From the NCBI GenBank assembly GCA_937897575.1, contig CALCQG010000051.1, forward strand, positions 1-59,787: 59,787 nt of DNA, read 5' to 3'. This stretch comes from an uncultured Synergistales bacterium. GTDB lineage: Bacteria > Synergistota > Synergistia > Synergistales > Aminobacteriaceae. This document shows positions 29,274 through 39,654 of the stretch, one piece after another. The notes beneath the pieces were generated by a model, which did no database searches, was not told where the DNA came from, and was given only the letters and a program-made list of their open reading frames with translations. Each line of letters begins with the position of its first letter. Positions within the stretch are counted from its first letter, which is position 1. The position numbers were made by a program, and so were the translations under genes.

Positions 29274-30824
29274 ATGAAGCGATTCGTTTTATATGTCGTG
29301 CTTCTGTCTATCGCCCTCGTTTTTCCTGTCTCGGGCAGCGCTGCTGAATACGGCAAAATGACTCCGGCTAAGGAAACCGCGCTGAAGTGGCTCGATGCAC
29401 ACGCCGAACTAGGCAAAGAGGTCTCCCTCTATGTTTGGCACTATCCGGAGCTTGGACTGGGGGAGCATTACTCAAGCGCCATTCTGCAGGACGTCTTGAA
29501 AAAAGCGGGGTTTTCCGTTGTAGACAATGTAGCAGGGATGAAAACGGCCTTTGTTGCCACTTGGGGACAGGGAAAGCCGGTTATCGGCATCCATGCTGAA
29601 TTTGATGCACTCCCCGGTATTTCTCAGGTTGCAGGCCTTGCAGAAGAGAAACAGATCGTCGCCGGAGCCCCCGGGCACGGTTGTGGACACAACGTCTTCG
29701 GAACCTACAGCGTCATGGCTGCCATAGCGGTCAAGGAAGCCATCGAGAAAAACGGGCTCGCCGGAACGATCAAGTTGTACGGGACCCCTGCGGAGGAGAC
29801 GCTGGTAGGAAAGGCCTACTTCGTCAAAGACGGGATCTACAAAGATGACGATATCGTCATCTCATGGCACCCGGGCAGCAGTAATGGCGTCTCCTACGCG
29901 TCCTCTCTTGCCATGGACAACTTCAAGGTGCGCTTCTACGGTAAGGCGGCGCACGCTTCATCCGCTCCCTGGAGCGGACGAAGCGCCCTTGACGCCGTGG
30001 AGCTGATGAACATCGGCATGAACTATATGAGAGAACACGTACGTCCGGAGACCAGGATCCACTACTCCATTCCCGATGGTGGAAAGGCACCCAACGTCGT
30101 ACCTCCATATGCGGAGGTCTGGTACTTTGTTCGTGCGCCGGAGTATCGCCTCGTCACGGAGGCCGTAAACTGGGCGCACAAGATCGCTGAAGGCGCGGCC
30201 ATGATGACAGGGACTAAGATGGAGTTCATCAAGATCACCGGAGTGTGGCAGTACCTCCCCAACAGAATTCTGGCGAGGGTCGGCCAAGCGAACGTTCAGT
30301 TGATCGGCGGAGTGCCCCATGGAGAGGACCATCAAAAGGTCGCAGAACCCTTCGCGAGGAGCATGAATGTCGCTGAGGCGCCGTTCATCGAAACGGGATT
30401 CTCCGAGTTTGTGGATGAACCCTTCAAATGGGCTACCAGCGGAGGGTCCATCGACGAGGCCAACACCAGCTGGGTCGTCCCCATGGTTCGCTTCTCAGGA
30501 GCCACGATAGCTAAAGGAACTCCGGGGCACTCCTGGCAGGCGGTAGCACAGAATGCCCTGCCACCGGCCTTTATGGGAGGGCTTACTGCCGCGAAATATA
30601 TGGCCGCAACTGCCATAGACCTTATGTCGGAGAAGGCTTTGGTCGACGATGCTCAAAAAGAATTTAACGAATCCCTGAAGCAGTACGGCCCCTTTGTCGA
30701 TCCGGTTAAGGATCAGAACGTCCCGACTTTTGAGCTGATGCACAACGTCAAGGAGGATGCGGTTCCCAGGCAGTATGACGTCCTCCCCTACAAGAAACCC
30801 GACTTGGATACGTTGATGAAATAA
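29274..30824 (+). CDS. Secreted AbgB-like M20 amidohydrolase
   Basis: Signal peptide MKRFVLYVVLLSIALVFPVSGSAA. Motifs PELG, AEFDALPG, GHGCGHN, GTPAEE, SWHP, GRSALDAVELM, PNVVP and HSWQ. Confidence 0.9.
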   Translation: MKRFVLYVVLLSIALVFPVSGSAAEYGKMTPAKETALKWLDAHAELGKEVSLYVWHYPELGLGEHYSSAILQDVLKKAGFSVVDNVAGMKTAFVATWGQGKPVIGIHAEFDALPGISQVAGLAEEKQIVAGAPGHGCGHNVFGTYSVMAAIAVKEAIEKNGLAGTIKLYGTPAEETLVGKAYFVKDGIYKDDDIVISWHPGSSNGVSYASSLAMDNFKVRFYGKAAHASSAPWSGRSALDAVELMNIGMNYMREHVRPETRIHYSIPDGGKAPNVVPPYAEVWYFVRAPEYRLVTEAVNWAHKIAEGAAMMTGTKMEFIKITGVWQYLPNRILARVGQANVQLIGGVPHGEDHQKVAEPFARSMNVAEAPFIETGFSEFVDEPFKWATSGGSIDEANTSWVVPMVRFSGATIAKGTPGHSWQAVAQNALPPAFMGGLTAAKYMAATAIDLMSEKALVDDAQKEFNESLKQYGPFVDPVKDQNVPTFELMHNVKEDAVPRQYDVLPYKKPDLDTLMK

Positions 30825-30861
30825 CTGTGCCATGTAATATCGCTTGAGAAGATGGAACAGC

Positions 30862-30894
30862 GGGGCAGACCCATGAACAGGTCTGCCCCCTTTT
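30862..30894 (+). terminator. Intrinsic terminator
   Basis: Stem GGGGCAGACC / GGTCTGCCCC followed by CTTTT. Confidence 0.75.
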
Positions 30895-31004
30895 CCGTTA
30901 GACTCCTGGCCGTTCAATCGGGTGTTCTCCTCACAATCGATCAGGACGGTGGGAACCCTTCACTGCAGAGTTCAAATGACACACCATTTGGTTCAGATCG
31001 TGTA

Positions 31005-32165
31005 TTATCCATGTCCTTCGTCATTTTGACTTGCTTTTTCTGATCCCTTCTGCCCCTCCGCCAGCCCCTTGAACATCGCCACGGCGATGGGGATGAGCTC
31101 GTCCCTGAAGTCGTAGGCGTGGGTGTGGAGCGGTGGGTAGTCCTCGCCGTTGCCGATATAGAACATGGCGCCCTTCGTCTCCTTCGTGAAGTATCCGAAG
31201 TCCTCGGAGCCCCGATGGGGCTCCGACAGCTCGACAAGTTCGTACCCCTTCTCCCGGGCCACGTCGCGCACTTTGTCGGAGCTCTCCTTGTGGTTCACCG
31301 TCTCGGGGAAGGAGTCCACCGTGGAAAAACGCACCGTCAGCTCGTACTGTCCGGCCTGCCTCAGCGCCTCGCCTTCAATTCTGGACTGAAGGGCGTCCAG
31401 CTCGTCCTCGAAGAGGGCGCGGATGGTGAGGAGAAGCTCCCCCGTACCGGCGCTCACTCCGAAGGCCCGCTCTCCCACGGCCACCTGGATGACGGTGCAC
31501 AGGACAAGCCCCTTCGTATGCCGGGTATCGGCGAGGTCCGGAAGCGCGCAGAGCACCTTCCCTATGGCGTAGGCCGGGTTTCGTCCCTTTTCCGGCGCGC
31601 TCGCGTGGGAAGGGGCCCCCTCGAAGTGCAGGATCATCCCTCTCGAGGCACAGGCGGCCGTCCCGTCGATGACGGCGATGGATCGGCAGGGGATGCCGCT
31701 CATGTTGTGGTACGCGAATATCTCATCGATGTCGTTCTCTTTGATGAAGGGAGTGCACTGGACCGCACCCTCCCCCGTCTCCTCGGCGGGCTGGAAGAGG
31801 AAAAAGATACTGTTGTCCGAACCCGTCCTGTCGATCTCGAGGGCAAACCCGGCGAGGCTCGCAGCGTGGCCGTCGTGGCCGCACTTATGAGCCACCCCGG
31901 GCACCTTGGAGCCGTAGGGCAGGTCGATCAACTCCTCCATGGGGATGGCGTCGTAGTCCGCGCGGAAGGCGATCCTTCGCCCCTCCTTTTCCGACCGGTA
32001 GACGGCGTAGAACCAGCTTCCCCTGTCCACGATCTCCAGGGCGGTGTACCGCCGCAGGAACTCCACAAGATGACTCTTCGTCCAATGCTCCTCGTTGGAC
32101 AGCTCGGGGTGCTCGTGCAGCTCGTGGCGCAGCTGCTTCACCAATGCAAAGGCACGGTCGTCCAT
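31005..32165 (-). CDS. M20D amidohydrolase (hippurate hydrolase/Acy1-like)
   Basis: Motifs RHELHEHPELSNEE, FRADYDA, HKCGHDGH, FQPAEETG, YHN, SEDF and LHTHAYDF. Confidence 0.93.
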   Translation of the reverse strand: MDDRAFALVKQLRHELHEHPELSNEEHWTKSHLVEFLRRYTALEIVDRGSWFYAVYRSEKEGRRIAFRADYDAIPMEELIDLPYGSKVPGVAHKCGHDGHAASLAGFALEIDRTGSDNSIFFLFQPAEETGEGAVQCTPFIKENDIDEIFAYHNMSGIPCRSIAVIDGTAACASRGMILHFEGAPSHASAPEKGRNPAYAIGKVLCALPDLADTRHTKGLVLCTVIQVAVGERAFGVSAGTGELLLTIRALFEDELDALQSRIEGEALRQAGQYELTVRFSTVDSFPETVNHKESSDKVRDVAREKGYELVELSEPHRGSEDFGYFTKETKGAMFYIGNGEDYPPLHTHAYDFRDELIPIAVAMFKGLAEGQKGSEKASQNDEGHG

Positions 32166-32587
32166 CGCTCATTCTCCTTCTTCGGGCACCGCTCGCCCGT
32201 CACGTCTCGATACTATTGTCTCACGACGTCGCCTCAACCAGTCGATACATTGCAGCTTCCTGCTAAAACGTTCTTGTCTCAGGCCCATTCGACGGATGGC
32301 ACAGACGGCCCTCAAGCGCTCCCTGCCGTGCGTGCGAGCACGAACGGGACAGGCACGGATCTTTCTCCTGCGACGTCGGCAGAGCGAGGAGTCCCCTTGT
32401 AAATCAGTGCAACTCCGAAACCCGGAGGCAAATACACAAAGAAATATTGCCCCCGTCCTCTTCAAGATGTGCCTCGCCGTCCGCCAGGGATCGAAAAGAC
32501 TTGAAAAGACGAAGGAATTCAAGGAAGAGAAGGCCTCACCCAAAGGGACAGGCTAAGAGATCATACAGACTGCGGCCGGTTCGTACT

Positions 32588-32636
32588 AAAAAGAGCCCCC
32601 GACGCCGGAACGACTGTTGTCCAGGTGTCGGGGGCT
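32588..32636 (-). terminator. Intrinsic terminator downstream of the C45 hydrolase
   Basis: Stem AGCCCCCGACGCC / GGTGTCGGGGGCT with a T run on the minus strand. Confidence 0.65.
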
Positions 32637-32686
32637 TCTTCTTCATCGCGTCAGAGGTTCATTGACCTCTTCGCCGCGGGTTCGTT

Positions 32687-34582
32687 CTAGGGCTGCAGCA
32701 CGAATGTCCTCGGCATGCCCTCGTACTCGCACGGCCTTCCGGCGGAGTACCGTATCTGGTTGAAGTCGATCGTGACGATCTTCGTATCCGTCGTCGAACC
32801 GATGTATGTCTCCGGATATCCGCCATCATGGCTGCAAATTGTCCGGCTTGCAAGATGGGCTGGCAACCATTCTTTGCCGTCGGTGATCTTCTCCACGAGT
32901 TCGCCCTTCTTCGTGATGTAGGTGTGGGATGTCCAGATCTTCCGGATTTTGTCGGCGTCGAGCTTTCCGAAGTTCATCTTGGCCTGCCAGAAGCCGGTAT
33001 AGTACCGGGTCGCGCTCATCGGGGCGTAGTCGTCGTCGCCGAAGAAGGTCATGGGAAAATCCGTCTTTTCGTTGTTGGCGTCGTAGCTGTGGTTCGCGAC
33101 GAAGTGATTGGTGGCCACGATGTACCCCGGATCCTCTCCGTAGTCCCCGGGACGCCGCACGGCGTATCTGTTCGCCGAAACTTCGACGACCAGGGCCTCG
33201 TTCTTGTCGAGCATGATGTAGTTGTTGTGCCTGGTCCGGAGCAGCGTCTTCCTTCCCGTGGCCTTCCGGTACTCGGGGGTCGCCACGGTGACGAGCTCAA
33301 GGGCCTCGGGGACGCTGCCGGCAGAGGAGAGAACTTTCAGGAGGATGTACTGGAAGGTGACGCCGAAGGCCCGCTCGTAGATGTTCTGGCTCGGGAGCCA
33401 CGTTTTGTTCCCTCCCACGGTGAGCGCCACGGCCAACCCCTTGTTGTTCGTCCCCATGATGTCGAAGAATTTTCCGGGCGTCGTGGAGGACCAGAACACG
33501 TTGCCTCCCGTCGGGGCGGCCGTATAGGTGTACCTCCAGGTCTCGTCGATGAAGTCGCCGTCATTGTTGTGGACGAGCATGGTTGTGCCGTCGGCAGTCG
33601 CTCCCTTGGCCCCGAGGAGGGCGATCATGGAGCAGGCGTCCATGACGGGCGAGGGGTCCCGCACGTCGGCCGTCGTCTCGGGAGGAAGCCCGTGATCGAC
33701 GTCCGCAGGTCCGGGGTGTCCGTAGAAGAGGCAGTTGTCGCAGTTCATGAAGACGATCTTGAGGTAGTTGGAGACATCGCCGTGGAACTTCGATTTGGAG
33801 AGGTACTTGTCCGCTCCGTCGCCGATCCCTCGTGCAAACTCGAGTCCCTCGGGGAAGAACATCCTGGCCTGGGCCTCGTACCGGCTGACGTCCTCGAGAA
33901 GGTGCTTCAGCCCGTACTTCTCCACGTGGGCTCCGAACCGGTAGTCGAAGAAGTCGACTATTTCACGGCCCGACCGTTCGCCGTACTGGACGCCCATCTC
34001 ATACCATGACCCCGTGAGCACTCCGAGGTCCTTCCCTGCCGGGTAGTATGGGGGCAGCTCGGGCGTCCGGGCGTACTTGTCCATTGCAGTGCCGATTCCA
34101 CCGACAAATCCGTCGCCGCCGATGGACTCCGTTTTCACTGAAAGCTCCTTGCCGTTCTCCGTCCAGAAAATCTCCGCGGAGACGGGCTGTACGTTTCCGG
34201 GCTCGGCGGCATTCGTCTGAAGGGTGTACTCGAGCATGGGGACCTTGCCGGGGGTCGTCTTGTCCATCGCGAGGGACACTTTCTCCTTGTCGGAGGTGGC
34301 CCCGGGGGTCACGACGGAGACGTTGCCCGACACCGGATTGGTCGCGACGATCTTCAGGCCCTCAAGAACGGTGTCCTCGGTGGGCTGGACGGCAATGCGA
34401 TACCGAACGACGCCCTTTCCCTCCCAGGTCGCCGCGAGGGAATGCATAAAGGGCGTTTTTTCGGCAGTTGGGCTTTGTGCAAAACCCTGTTGTACGGACA
34501 GGAACGAGAGGACGAGGACCGCAAGCAGAAGAAAGGAAGTTCTGAACTTCGTAGAGCACTTCTTCACCATGACCGTGATCAT
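32687..34582 (-). CDS. Secreted Ntn-hydrolase, peptidase C45 family (acyl-CoA:6-APA acyltransferase-like), with an extra N-terminal beta domain
   Basis: Signal peptide ending GFA-Q. Motifs GSWYEMGVQYG, autocleavage-like DA-CS followed by ATADG...HNND, GTNNKGLAV, VATNHF, SATRY and TICSH. Confidence 0.8.
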   Translation of the reverse strand: MITVMVKKCSTKFRTSFLLLAVLVLSFLSVQQGFAQSPTAEKTPFMHSLAATWEGKGVVRYRIAVQPTEDTVLEGLKIVATNPVSGNVSVVTPGATSDKEKVSLAMDKTTPGKVPMLEYTLQTNAAEPGNVQPVSAEIFWTENGKELSVKTESIGGDGFVGGIGTAMDKYARTPELPPYYPAGKDLGVLTGSWYEMGVQYGERSGREIVDFFDYRFGAHVEKYGLKHLLEDVSRYEAQARMFFPEGLEFARGIGDGADKYLSKSKFHGDVSNYLKIVFMNCDNCLFYGHPGPADVDHGLPPETTADVRDPSPVMDACSMIALLGAKGATADGTTMLVHNNDGDFIDETWRYTYTAAPTGGNVFWSSTTPGKFFDIMGTNNKGLAVALTVGGNKTWLPSQNIYERAFGVTFQYILLKVLSSAGSVPEALELVTVATPEYRKATGRKTLLRTRHNNYIMLDKNEALVVEVSANRYAVRRPGDYGEDPGYIVATNHFVANHSYDANNEKTDFPMTFFGDDDYAPMSATRYYTGFWQAKMNFGKLDADKIRKIWTSHTYITKKGELVEKITDGKEWLPAHLASRTICSHDGGYPETYIGSTTDTKIVTIDFNQIRYSAGRPCEYEGMPRTFVLQP

Positions 34583-34943
34583 CTCCTTCTTAGTTTTGTT
34601 CGTGACGTATCGACCCTGTTATGACCCAACGCTCACCTCGCTCCCACCTTTTTATTATTTTTCAGTGAACATATCATATATCATGTATTTAGTCAAAACG
34701 AGTGCTGGAGGGGCACCGGCATGTCCAGCGGGACAGGAGCCCCTTGCACGCTCGATCTCGTTCGAATGGGCGCGGTGACGTAGCCATCTGTATGGAAAAG
34801 GGAGTGGGTTTTGTTTGGTTCCTCGGCTCTCCGCCGGGAACGGCGGACGATACTACATTGCATTTTGTCCTTCGCAGCGGCCTCACCGCGGAAGGCGATG
34901 CACTCGTGCCGCTCCGCTTCAACCTCTTCGGGTGGAGGTGTCG

Positions 34944-37847
34944 TCAGACTCTATTTTCCCCACCCGGCAGAGAACCCCCCATCGCTGCGACGAGCTGCTC
35001 GCAGGCGTCGCGTTCGCCGCGCAGGCCGAGCTGGGAGAAGAGCTTGCCGGCCTTGTCCCGGTAGTGGGACGCCGTCTGGGGCAGAAGGGCATCCGTCACC
35101 CCGGGGTGGCACTCTTTGAGGGTGGCCTTGATACAGGAGAAGATGGCGTTCCAGAGCGGTTTTTTCATGATGGCGCTGAGCTCCTGGGCGCTCCGCAGCT
35201 TGTCCATGGCCCGGGCGGTCTGCCCATCCCGGAGGTCGTAGAGGGCCCCCAGGGCGAAGACAATCTCGCCGCCGCACAGGCTGACGCCCCGTTGGGACTG
35301 GAAGCCGTCGAACAGCGGCTGTGCGAAGAGGAGGTACTGCCTGCTCTCCTCCACCTGCCCAATCCGGACGGCGCACCAGGCGGCCTTGGCGAGCTGCAGC
35401 CCCATCCCTCGGTAGAACCCCTTCGCCTCGCACAGCTTGATACACTGGAGGTAGTGCCCGAGGGCCTCCTCGTGCCGGCCTTCGTAGAGGGCGATGTCGC
35501 CGAAGGTGTGGACGGCGGCGACGACGCCGAGGGTGTACCCCTCGCCCTGAGTCTCGAGGCTCTCGAAGAGCCGGGAGGACATCTTCGCCAGCCTGGATGC
35601 GGCTTCGTACCGGCCCTCCATGCCGTTGAGGATGGCGAGGAAGCGGAGCCCCATCCCGATGGAGGGGTGCAGATGGGCCTTCAGCGTCTCGCGGTAGAAG
35701 AGCGGCGCGTAGAAGGCGAGGGTCTGGGGGTCGTCCTTCTGGATGCCGATGTAGCAGAGCTGTTCGAGGACGCTGACCACCACCTCCTCGCGTTTCGGCT
35801 CGCGGAGGGCCAGCTTCAGCGCCTCCTCGAGGCAGGCGAAGGCGCTCCCGTAGTCGCCGTTCCACCGGAGAAACCCGCCCTTGATGGTCATGAGCCTCCG
35901 GTCCAGGCGGACGAGCTCGGGCGTGCGCCCGTTGCTCCGGTAGAGCTTTTCGAGGAGCTCCTGGGCCTCGTCGATGTAGCCCTTCGTGAGGGACGTGTCG
36001 TTGGTGGTCCGGGCGGCGGAGAGGAGCTCCCGGTCGCTGAGCTTCGGGAACAGCTCGTGGCTGACCTCGAAGTGGACCTTCAGGTCCTGGATCCTGGCCG
36101 CCAGCTCCGTCATGGAGTCACCGGCGTTGTGCGCCAGGACGGGCAGGTCCCTCCGCCCCATATCCCGATAGGCATCCGTCGTGAAGAGGGCCACGAGGTG
36201 CTTGTTCAGATTCCACCACTTGAGCCTGGGCATGGCTTCGCGGATCTGTCGCTTGAGGAGCGCGTGGCGGAACAGGATCGAGAAGGAGTCCCCGGACTTC
36301 ATCTCGTACACGACGCCCTTCCGGTGGAGCCGCTCGTAGAGGTCGATGACCGTCGTGTCCGACATCTCGGACAGCTTCGTCAGAATCTCGAAGGGGGCCT
36401 CTCCCGGAAAGGCGGCCAGGCAGTCCAGCAGTTTCGCCTCGTCCTCGGACAGGGAGAGCCTTCTCCGCTGCTCCGTCTCGCGAAGGGATTGCGCAACGCT
36501 CCTCCCTCCCCCCTCGATACCGTAGTGCCTGAGGAACTCCCTGAGGAGGAAGGGCCTGCCGCCCGTGTGCTTGTGGATGCTCGCCAGGTCCTCCGCCGAG
36601 AAGGGGTGGTCCGGAAGGAACGCGCGGCACAAGGCCTCGGACTGGCTGGCCGTCAGAGCGTCCAGGACGACGGTATGCCGCCGCACCGTGGTCCCCAGGG
36701 GTGAGAGGGCCAGCTCGAGGGCCTCTTTCGACTCGAGGTAGCTCGTCGCGAGGACGGAGATCGGGACGCGGGCGTTCTCGAAGAGGCCCCGCAGAAAGAT
36801 GGGGATCAGATGTTCGCCCCAGTGGATGTCCTCCAACAGCAGGAAGACCTCCCTGCGGTCGGGAGGGAGGGCCTGAGCCAGGAGCAGGGCGAAGATCCGG
36901 CCGAGAAGGTAGGGGTTGAGGTCCACGAGGGGAAGGGCGTGGCGGCCCGTTGTACCGTCGTCGGGCACGTTGCGGAAGGCGGCGTCCAGGTACTGGAGAT
37001 AGAAGGGCGGAAGCTGGAAGTCCTCCGCGGGATGCTCGCCCGTGATCCCCTTCAGAAGGGCCTTCAGGCTCGCCCGGTCGTTCCCCTCGCTCTCCGTCAG
37101 GCGAGCCCTCAGACAGAGGACCCCCTCGTCGGCCCTTCGCCCGAGGATGTCCGAGGCGAGAAAGCTCTTTCCGCTGCCCTCCTCGCCGAGGAGCGCGGCG
37201 AAGGAACAGCGCGCCCTCCCATTCTCCGCTCTCTGTCCGCAAAAGAAAGCGAGCAGGCCATCCCGCTCCTCCATCCGTACGAGAAGCGGCAGCGACGGAG
37301 CGGTGCGCGAAAATCCAGGCCCTTCGACCGCCTCGACCCACGCGCGCCAGTACTCCCTCTCCTCATGGGCGGCCTTCTCCTCCTTCCGGACGAGGACCTG
37401 GCGCAGCCGGTCCCGGTAGTGCGCCCGGCGCTCCTCCGCCCAGGGGGCTTCGACCTTTTTCGCGTTCAGTTCCTCCAGAAAGGGACGAGCGAGCCGGACG
37501 ACGGTGTCCCTGGTCACGCCCCGCTCGTTGATCTCGTCCAGATCCGAGACGATCGTCACGTCGGGCGCAATGGCCACCCTGTCCGAACCGGGGCTGGCCA
37601 CGATGAACCCCTCGGGCAGCAGGCGCTTCAGGGCCGAGAGGGCGTTGCGCATGTTGGCCGCCGCCCGTTCGGAGTTCTCCCCCCACAGGCGCTCGCGGAT
37701 CGCTCTTCGGGACAGACTGCGCGCTTCAGCCAACGCGAAGAGCAACACCCCCACCTTCTGATAGGGAAAGGCCAGAGGGGAGCCATCGAGAGCTGCTTCC
37801 CCCTTGCCGAGAAAGGTGATTCGAAGGACGGGCCGACGATCGCTCAT
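34944..37847 (-). CDS. SARP/AfsR-type transcriptional regulator with AAA NTPase and TPR-like domains
   Basis: N-terminal winged HTH (LRITFLG...FPYQK...LSR...LWGE...AAANMRNAL), Walker A GEEGSGKS, Walker B LLLEDIHW, FRHALL and helical C-terminal repeats. Divergent from the BCCT operon. Confidence 0.85.
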   Translation of the reverse strand: MSDRRPVLRITFLGKGEAALDGSPLAFPYQKVGVLLFALAEARSLSRRAIRERLWGENSERAAANMRNALSALKRLLPEGFIVASPGSDRVAIAPDVTIVSDLDEINERGVTRDTVVRLARPFLEELNAKKVEAPWAEERRAHYRDRLRQVLVRKEEKAAHEEREYWRAWVEAVEGPGFSRTAPSLPLLVRMEERDGLLAFFCGQRAENGRARCSFAALLGEEGSGKSFLASDILGRRADEGVLCLRARLTESEGNDRASLKALLKGITGEHPAEDFQLPPFYLQYLDAAFRNVPDDGTTGRHALPLVDLNPYLLGRIFALLLAQALPPDRREVFLLLEDIHWGEHLIPIFLRGLFENARVPISVLATSYLESKEALELALSPLGTTVRRHTVVLDALTASQSEALCRAFLPDHPFSAEDLASIHKHTGGRPFLLREFLRHYGIEGGGRSVAQSLRETEQRRRLSLSEDEAKLLDCLAAFPGEAPFEILTKLSEMSDTTVIDLYERLHRKGVVYEMKSGDSFSILFRHALLKRQIREAMPRLKWWNLNKHLVALFTTDAYRDMGRRDLPVLAHNAGDSMTELAARIQDLKVHFEVSHELFPKLSDRELLSAARTTNDTSLTKGYIDEAQELLEKLYRSNGRTPELVRLDRRLMTIKGGFLRWNGDYGSAFACLEEALKLALREPKREEVVVSVLEQLCYIGIQKDDPQTLAFYAPLFYRETLKAHLHPSIGMGLRFLAILNGMEGRYEAASRLAKMSSRLFESLETQGEGYTLGVVAAVHTFGDIALYEGRHEEALGHYLQCIKLCEAKGFYRGMGLQLAKAAWCAVRIGQVEESRQYLLFAQPLFDGFQSQRGVSLCGGEIVFALGALYDLRDGQTARAMDKLRSAQELSAIMKKPLWNAIFSCIKATLKECHPGVTDALLPQTASHYRDKAGKLFSQLGLRGERDACEQLVAAMGGSLPGGENRV

Positions 37848-38036
37848 GAGGATCTCCCTTCATATAATTATACGATTCATGAATAGGCATTCTACGTGAA
37901 ATTATACGTTAGCATCCTTATAATTACTACCGTTGACTGAAGAATGGAACGACGGAAAGGGGGCGCCATCGAAAAGAGAAACGCTGCGGGACGAGGACGA
38001 GCAACGAAATTCACCACATCCGAGGGAGTGTGAACT

Positions 38037-39605
38037 ATGTCCGAGAACAGGGAAACAAACGGAGAAAACCGGAAGGCCATACGGTGGGAGGTCTTTCTGC
38101 CCGCCTACTTCATCGTCGGCGGAGCGGCTCTGCTTGGGCTCATGAACAAGGAGGCCCTGACGAAAGGGGCCAACGCCTTCTTCTTCTGGTCGCTGGACAG
38201 CTTCGGCTGGCTCTTCCAGTGGAGCATCATGGCCTGCGTGATTCTCGTCGGGGTGGCCACCTTCTCGAAACTGGGCAACCTCCGTTTCGGCGGGAAGGAC
38301 GCCAAGGCGAAGTACAGCTTCTGGACCTGGTTCGCCATGGCGCTCACCGGCGGCATCGCGACGGGCATCGTGACCTGGGGCGTCAACGAACCGCTCATCT
38401 ACTACGGCAACGTCTGGGGCGAGCTCACCCAGCTGGGGATCGAGCCGAACACGCCCAGGGCGGCCATCTTCGCCATGGGGCGCTCCTTCTATAACTGGAC
38501 CTTCGTCCCCTACGCCATCTACGCCCTCTGCGGCCTGTTCGTGAGCTACGTCTACTACAACAAGAAGGACCGCCTGAACGTGACGACGACGCTGAAGCCC
38601 ATATTCGGCCAAACGGCCACGAACAAGGGCTTCGCGGCCATCATCGACACGCTCTCCATGCTGGCGCTCACCATCGGTCTGATCACGGGCCTGACCATGT
38701 GCATCACCCTGACCATGTCCGGCCTGAAGGGCGGATACGGCATCCAGGAGAGCCTGCCCCTCTACATCGCCATCGGCGCCGGCATCATCCTGACCTTCAC
38801 CTTCTCCTCCTATATCGGCATGGACAGGGGCCTGAAAGTCCTCGGCAACCTCAACGCATGGTTCTACTACGCCCTGCTGGCCCTTCTCCTCTTCACCGGG
38901 CCGACGCTCTACATCCTGCGGATCACCACCGCCGGCGTGGCCGAGTGGCTCCACAACTTCTTCCTCTGGGGGCTTGACCCCATCGACATCGGTGGCGAAG
39001 CTCTGACTCGCTCGTGGACCCTCTTCGACTGGGCCTTCTGGGTCGGCTACGCCCCCGTCACCGGCATATTCCTGGCCATGATCTCCTACGGCCGAACGGT
39101 GCGCGAGTTCATGATCGTGAACTGGATTCTGCCCTCCGTCTTCGGCATCATCTGGTTCGGCGTCTGGGGCGGGAGCGCCCTCAACATGCAGGCCACCGGC
39201 GGCGCGGACCTCATCGGCGCCATCAACAGCGGCGGAGCCGTCATGGCCCTCTGGGAGTTCCTGAAGCACCTTCCCTTCGGCCTCGGCACCATCGTCGTGC
39301 CCGTGAACATCTTCGTCATCCTCATCTCCTTCATCACCAACGCCGACGCCACCCTCACCAACATCGGCTCCATGTGCGTCCGGGACGTCCCCATAGGGAC
39401 GGAGCCCCCTGCGAAGATGAAGGCCCTCTGGGGCATCTCCGTCGGGATCGTGGCGATCATCATGGCGGCCTTCGGCGGCGGCGTCCAGGGCGTCGACGGC
39501 GTCAAGGCCCTGGCGGCCGCGGCTGGGTTCGTGGTACTGTTTATCTTTGTGCTGCAGGTCGTGGCGTTCGTGAAGACCTTCTTCGTCGACAAGGTGGTCG
39601 AGTAA
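38037..39605 (+). CDS. BCCT family (betaine/carnitine/choline) transporter
   Basis: 12 TM. Motifs SKLGNLRFGG, YSFWTWFAM, GIVTWGVNEPL, WTLFDWAFWVGYAP, ISYGRTVREF and FITNAD. Confidence 0.93.
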   Translation: MSENRETNGENRKAIRWEVFLPAYFIVGGAALLGLMNKEALTKGANAFFFWSLDSFGWLFQWSIMACVILVGVATFSKLGNLRFGGKDAKAKYSFWTWFAMALTGGIATGIVTWGVNEPLIYYGNVWGELTQLGIEPNTPRAAIFAMGRSFYNWTFVPYAIYALCGLFVSYVYYNKKDRLNVTTTLKPIFGQTATNKGFAAIIDTLSMLALTIGLITGLTMCITLTMSGLKGGYGIQESLPLYIAIGAGIILTFTFSSYIGMDRGLKVLGNLNAWFYYALLALLLFTGPTLYILRITTAGVAEWLHNFFLWGLDPIDIGGEALTRSWTLFDWAFWVGYAPVTGIFLAMISYGRTVREFMIVNWILPSVFGIIWFGVWGGSALNMQATGGADLIGAINSGGAVMALWEFLKHLPFGLGTIVVPVNIFVILISFITNADATLTNIGSMCVRDVPIGTEPPAKMKALWGISVGIVAIIMAAFGGGVQGVDGVKALAAAAGFVVLFIFVLQVVAFVKTFFVDKVVE

Positions 39606-39654
39606 GAGGCGTTCGGTACAGGATGTTGTGCACCCCATCGGGAGGGACCGGGCG

